A stretch of DNA of 52,263 bases from a virus (Duplodnaviria; Caudoviricetes), in IMG/VR virus record IMGVR_UViG_3300028025_001613, positions 1 to 52,263 of that record; one strand, 5' to 3'. The notes beneath the pieces were generated by a model. It was not told where the DNA came from. It did not search any database and saw nothing but the letters and a program-made list of their open reading frames with translations. A program made the translations under genes and the position numbers. Shown here one piece after another: positions 49,401 to 52,263 of this stretch (position 1 is its first letter; every line of letters begins with the position of its first letter).

Positions 49401-52262
49401 TATGTTTAATTCATTACCCTGAGTTCCAGCTATAACAAAATTGCTATTCTTAATTCCTTGGAATTGTGAAAGAAACGTATCTTCTACTTGTCTAGTTGTA
49501 GGACTAGCCTCAGTAAATTCTATACGGAAACCACCAGTTTCAGCTGAATTAATAATACGAACTTCTTTAATTGGTACACGATATACACTAAAGTCACGTA
49601 CAAAACTGATCCACATCTTTTGATAAGGCCAATCTTTAGCTTGTACATGATCCATAGGATTACCTAAACGATCAACTAAATACTTTATCTCAGGATATTT
49701 AGCTGATGCTTCTATAAGCTTGTTATACATCTGAACATCAGAAGTAGCTCCTTGAACAGCATTAATAATAATCCCCCATGTTCTATTAAAGTCAGCTAAC
49801 TTAGCTACACCTAAACTATTTAATTTAGGCTTACCTGTTTTAGAATCAATTGCTGGAAGACTTTTTACTAAGTAAACACTTTCACTACTAGCTAATTCTC
49901 TAACAGATAGTTCATTACCTTTTCTTTCAAAAACATTTTTACCAAAGTTTTCTTCAAGTTGTTTTTCAGTTAGAGTTAAACCATCTTCTTCTTCAGCTTT
50001 ATTAACTTCTGCATCATCTTCAGCTTCTTCTATCTCTATAGGACTCATTTCAGAGTATCTATCTTCAAAAGTAAGATAGGAAGAACGTTTCTTATGGAAA
50101 GCCAATGTACCATCAGCTTGTTCATTTCTAGAAACCTTTTCAAATTCTCCCCAGTTATCTAATGCAAATTGAGCAATACGTTTAGCATTCTCTGATAACT
50201 CTGTATTATTTAAAATAGTTTTAAAATCATTTCTGATCTTTTCATATAATGGTCCTAGTAATTCAGGATTAGTAAATATAATCCCTACACTTTTATCATA
50301 TGAACTTAATGTAGATGCTATTAGAGAATCCATAGTTTCTACAAGAGTCATTGAATCTTGATAGTTTAATCCTTCAGCTTTTGTATCTAGACTCTGTATT
50401 CCTTTATTAAGTAATGAAAACTGTACATTCTTAATAGAAGGAGTATAGTCATTTATATTACCTACATACAACTTGTCATAAAGTTCTTGTATACTTTCTG
50501 TAGCCAAAGCATCTTCAGCAATTGATTTTAAACTAGCTCCTTTAAACACTTGCTTTAAGAAATTCCATATACGTCTAAAAATAGTATTACGAGCAGGCTT
50601 ACCGTTTACTACATAGTTACCATTAGCCATAGCGTATTTACGGAAGTCTTCAGCCATAAACTCTTCTAACTGTAAATCAGTAGCAGCATTAAACTTAACT
50701 GTTCTACCATCAGCAGTAGTAAAACTACCAGCTAACTTTCTAGCTTCAGAATACAATTCAACCTTTTGTTGTTTAGTTAAAAACATCTGAGTAAACGCAT
50801 GGAAAGCTTCATGATAAACATCAGTAAAGTTAGATCCAGCATATAAAACAATACCTGAGGTTGTCCATTCACCAACAGCATTACTATTAACTATGTTAAA
50901 TAAAGTCTGAAGTTCTACAAACTTTGAAAGAGGACTGTTTTTAAACCACTGCTCAGCTAAATCAATTTGTTCTTTAGTAGCTTCACTAGATAATAATAAG
51001 GATTTCTTTAAAGAAAAGTCTTTACTATCTAATAAACTTTTAAACTCATCTATAGAATTATCTGTAGGAGTAGATTGTTCTATTGTAGAAATCTTTTCCG
51101 CTTTACTTACTTTTAAGCCAAACAATTTAGTTTGAACTTCTGTAGTTGGAAAAAGAGTGTTATAAGCATTTAAGCTTACTAATTTACCTTCAGCATTCTT
51201 AGATAGATAAGTGTTAAAGTTTGCACTTAAGAAGTTATTATAACGTTCTTTCTGCAACTGCACCTTACCATCTAAATTAACAGGCATCTGCATAAAAGAT
51301 CCGATAAGATCTTTATTTACATTAACCGTTTGCTCTTTAAGGTTATTTACAAATGTCTCACGACCTGCAATATCTGTAGTGTCTAACTCCTGCTCTCCTT
51401 GTTTTACAAACACTTTACCATCACGCTCAAATACTTTAGTATCATTGCTAAAAACAAACTGCTTTAAAACATTAATCTTATCAATATTAGATTGTGTAGT
51501 ATCATTAAATAATAACTCACCTAAGTTTTCAGCTAGGTTAGTTATATCACCAAACTTTGGTCTTTGAATAAGAACTGGATAGTCATAACCTGGTACATTA
51601 AAATATACACCACCAGAAACAACTACACCAGAAGTTTGCTTAGATACCCATGGGTTAAATCCTTTTTCTAATTGTATAGAAGAGATGGGACTAGCTTTAC
51701 TAAAGTCTTCTTTAATATAACCACTTCTACCAGGAGTAATTGAAAACACAAGAGACTCACCAGGATTATTAATTACAAAACTACGAGCAGCATCTAATAC
51801 ATCTATCTCATTAGCTCTCTGCTCTTGTATAGTTTTAATATCTTCTTCCGTCTTATCAGACTTACTTATTAATTCTTCAACTGTTTGTACTCTTGGTATA
51901 TAACGTTGACCACTTCTATCTGTATAAACATTTCTTAACTTACCATAAGCTAATCTACCACCTTCTTCTTTAGTAGTAATATTACCTTCTTGATCAAAGT
52001 ATAATATATTTCCAGCCTTATCAGTGTATACTAATGCTAATCCTGTAGCATTATGTTTAGCTTTATTCTCTTCATTCTGATTAATATATGCTCTATCAGA
52101 TACATATAACTCATCTTCAGCTATTGTATTAGCTTTTACAAGCTTCATATAAATACCTTTAACGTTATTTAATTTAACGTTATCAGCAGTTTGAAAGTTG
52201 TATTTATCCATTAACTCATTAAGCTTTCTCACTACAGCATAGTAAGTCTTCTTAGCTGGATC
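43458..52262 (-). CDS. crAss-like virion RNA polymerase polyprotein (5' partial)
   Basis: RIP...GSDFDIDK catalytic motif (DFDID at 46398-46412), DAQG motif, zincin HEAFH at 50799-50813; frame open to the window edge. Confidence 0.9.
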   Translation of the reverse strand, partial: DPAKKTYYAVVRKLNELMDKYNFQTADNVKLNNVKGIYMKLVKANTIAEDELYVSDRAYINQNEENKAKHNATGLALVYTDKAGNILYFDQEGNITTKEEGGRLAYGKLRNVYTDRSGQRYIPRVQTVEELISKSDKTEEDIKTIQEQRANEIDVLDAARSFVINNPGESLVFSITPGRSGYIKEDFSKASPISSIQLEKGFNPWVSKQTSGVVVSGGVYFNVPGYDYPVLIQRPKFGDITNLAENLGELLFNDTTQSNIDKINVLKQFVFSNDTKVFERDGKVFVKQGEQELDTTDIAGRETFVNNLKEQTVNVNKDLIGSFMQMPVNLDGKVQLQKERYNNFLSANFNTYLSKNAEGKLVSLNAYNTLFPTTEVQTKLFGLKVSKAEKISTIEQSTPTDNSIDEFKSLLDSKDFSLKKSLLLSSEATKEQIDLAEQWFKNSPLSKFVELQTLFNIVNSNAVGEWTTSGIVLYAGSNFTDVYHEAFHAFTQMFLTKQQKVELYSEARKLAGSFTTADGRTVKFNAATDLQLEEFMAEDFRKYAMANGNYVVNGKPARNTIFRRIWNFLKQVFKGASLKSIAEDALATESIQELYDKLYVGNINDYTPSIKNVQFSLLNKGIQSLDTKAEGLNYQDSMTLVETMDSLIASTLSSYDKSVGIIFTNPELLGPLYEKIRNDFKTILNNTELSENAKRIAQFALDNWGEFEKVSRNEQADGTLAFHKKRSSYLTFEDRYSEMSPIEIEEAEDDAEVNKAEEEDGLTLTEKQLEENFGKNVFERKGNELSVRELASSESVYLVKSLPAIDSKTGKPKLNSLGVAKLADFNRTWGIIINAVQGATSDVQMYNKLIEASAKYPEIKYLVDRLGNPMDHVQAKDWPYQKMWISFVRDFSVYRVPIKEVRIINSAETGGFRIEFTEASPTTRQVEDTFLSQFQGIKNSNFVIAGTQGNELNIDAILKAFPYNDLFGRGTKNIIDEDKAFQFLRAIGFYLTDNRAVKQKVYDNYTAVYYLYKGIQDLKKYNIKTTNPISALRSEVKMDGESVYKGESSSVSKILEIEATDSGKYSNNSVQNVAGDREYDLSLNNTSTKVLSELNDKDKDYNEMVSQPHMSHLDYRKNPFAKYSIWLNSLFHIPVGKVFDLSNKNKRKTSKASYGATNVTINIDNLNGIKNVVENIVGAQSASTGIKTSQLDPISKFLMDIHTMLIRGVMELPRHASKSTAYGISVSKVDTEFNQNANHLYISSGYFADKVKSHNATVSLLKPKIAAEMERIAIVKSGKAANVPGFNERGLTFTMFDDILSDSLKNDLIAVANEEDSLSILDDPKFAERISNDINNYINNLVDENFESFVTLPYMSEEILFGGKGIPSLSNLVRKDTGLNIGKGKEQELTMIALRSFTVNALIHNMEAVSVLYGDLAMYNHVKEEFHKRNAAIGSTGRSFSSSESTSMFINNIGRAYANKIGAAKRSFDGILNSVVFKDNKVESAYFEEYVNALVSSGKYTKEQAEKILSPYKEMTEGDAQGWITFDSYRILSLLEGAWSDKQNELYNKIVNDEVVDPAEITEFFPTKKFQYAGPLKTEKLHMQAFHKFSLVPLIPSMVKGTNMETLHDNLVKQGVDYALFESGSKMATITSNGKPDSLYENDDYATRSVKSWNEGEAEYTKNGVFIQYLKDQVDIQSTWKNKTIFSTQLRTLIINDLFKQGIPISKDFELLVSRFEKLLDTLQEGKKKELLEQAGWKEDAKGNLSGSTESLMNFVQKELDRQGLPEHDIDFIKNFGLQSDLSFSLNAEKIEKLLNSIVVKRLVRQKMNGEQLVQVSGAGFESGFKNPTEDQLARYGTNDLPTYRPGKGKNGSTSAMKVKIAMKGDYYKLLELKHTDGKKIGTIERLNEVLKKDEWLDKNDNRKLITMVGVRIPVQGFNSMEFMEVYEFLPEEAGSIIVPPTEIVAKSGSDFDIDKLTIFQPNYKYDNEEATYATGKGVKAVENQIIETIRQILEHPDNFDALIRPNDTDIVKGVADELSIENIQGYNPLANKTKEQGSKISPTRTLEPRYNLYKHESNNIGKRTLGIGAVDNKYSSIFKRVGARLEKQYTHYPIDPITKEYKVKNGKVVTEMRPINIRMKHNTVTKDGKSYISLSDVETVTGDKISDLISQLMNGWVDIEKDAWIFNINGNNVAGPVLLFLLETGVDFKTAAYFVSQPLVIKYIKDRAKRNSPFYEAAGNEASKGKGYDKFNVRKEFIIRNFYDDLTIDKKTGRARETETGEIIVSNVDIYRIINKYNDKKEYTTEELLNNIKDKNTESDISKATLLHFIELEDLMAKLTNIKLTVNLDTAPSKSLFSAQERLSKISKLNIVDAVPSDLVTNILYDSPIKSFLVQAFQLKLWKPLMKLRGDETVNNYLINKINTNKYKKTFEDAEKYVAAFKNDIPMYLMQNYIKGIDLKNIKEYKGLLINKSIPIEKVQIKYGAFVKDGVMYVDPQQIALDFDQKEYAGKGYESLQLAKTDIGAFQMGPKRSQNLQEYTHFVLEREYLRSVIPMKEKQSREEYEQILADRALERTFNFYTILKSKNSIADDFLNIKRVYSELEEEYMLMDQISFIGEGGKNKGRKLRTLKLKSDRLDSEIINVLHENLVRLSDVGTLKVADKTRNLEISKFFSRLIIAEYLRAGINKSGSTLSSILPTETLMKLLEEPMKNVSEKGISQEFLDKYSDMFDSNWSSNSSSSRLRYRNYIQYTETTEETVVRNMEEGQSDFREAGKATVYDNPRTNSEIKAFETVINSNKESIFVYPTNQDGIAEVLTAPYKTAGNSVGIPIKQKGGSQSWSDETYDNNIALINQALEVIDNHLGNGAKVVFPSSGLTTILGKDDAQIDVLKDKAPRTYTYLVSELYKKYGYVNPGAESNLGFRKEFQSSQPITDEEIESIIEQKVEESKNCNS

Positions 52263-52263
52263 T

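Noticed and set aside
2294-51567. Short antisense or off-frame ORFs in the track (e.g. 2554..2841, 7498..7857, 10692..10997, 13993..14301, 30283..30645, 48967..49218)
   Set aside because: Shadow ORFs inside well-supported genes, with no motifs
1-52263. Stop-codon reassignment, known in some crAss-like phages
   Set aside because: Genes are intact under code 11, and TAG, TGA and TAA all terminate genes at tight junctions
1-52263. tRNA/rRNA genes, integrase, transposase, capsid or terminase genes
   Set aside because: None recognised by eye; intergenic gaps are short. A tRNAscan run would be needed to be certain

Overview
AT-rich, densely coding (standard code 11) fragment of a dsDNA phage genome. 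It is best explained as a crAss-like (Crassvirales-related) phage of a Bacteroidota host: there is a giant virion-type RNA polymerase gene with the GSDFDIDK motif, Bacteroidetes-type TTTG-N19/20-TAnnTT promoters, and A-rich starts without Shine-Dalgarno sites. Four blocks alternate in strand. (+) 1-10072: early/accessory genes, SF2 helicase, uracil-DNA glycosylase, MoxR AAA+ ATPase and vWA partner. (-) 10069-18873: lysis cassette (GH19 endolysin, holin/spanin candidates) followed by a ~6.4 kb cluster of exported/membrane proteins (cohesin-dockerin-like, CsgG-like, beta-barrel-like). (+) 18986-38102: replication and nucleotide metabolism (DnaA-domain-IV protein, DnaB-like helicase, Sak4-like ATPase, primase, PD-(D/E)XK nuclease, PolB, dNMP kinase, SplB-like radical SAM, metallophosphoesterase, thioredoxin, dCTP deaminase, GIY-YIG homing endonuclease). 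(-) 38106-end: two giant ejection-type proteins including the RNAP. The best candidates for undescribed biology are the envelope-protein module, a probable -1 frameshift at the ATPase stop, a homing endonuclease that appears to have replaced its target gene's N-terminus, and two dual-coding regions. All family calls are from motif recognition by eye, with no database search.
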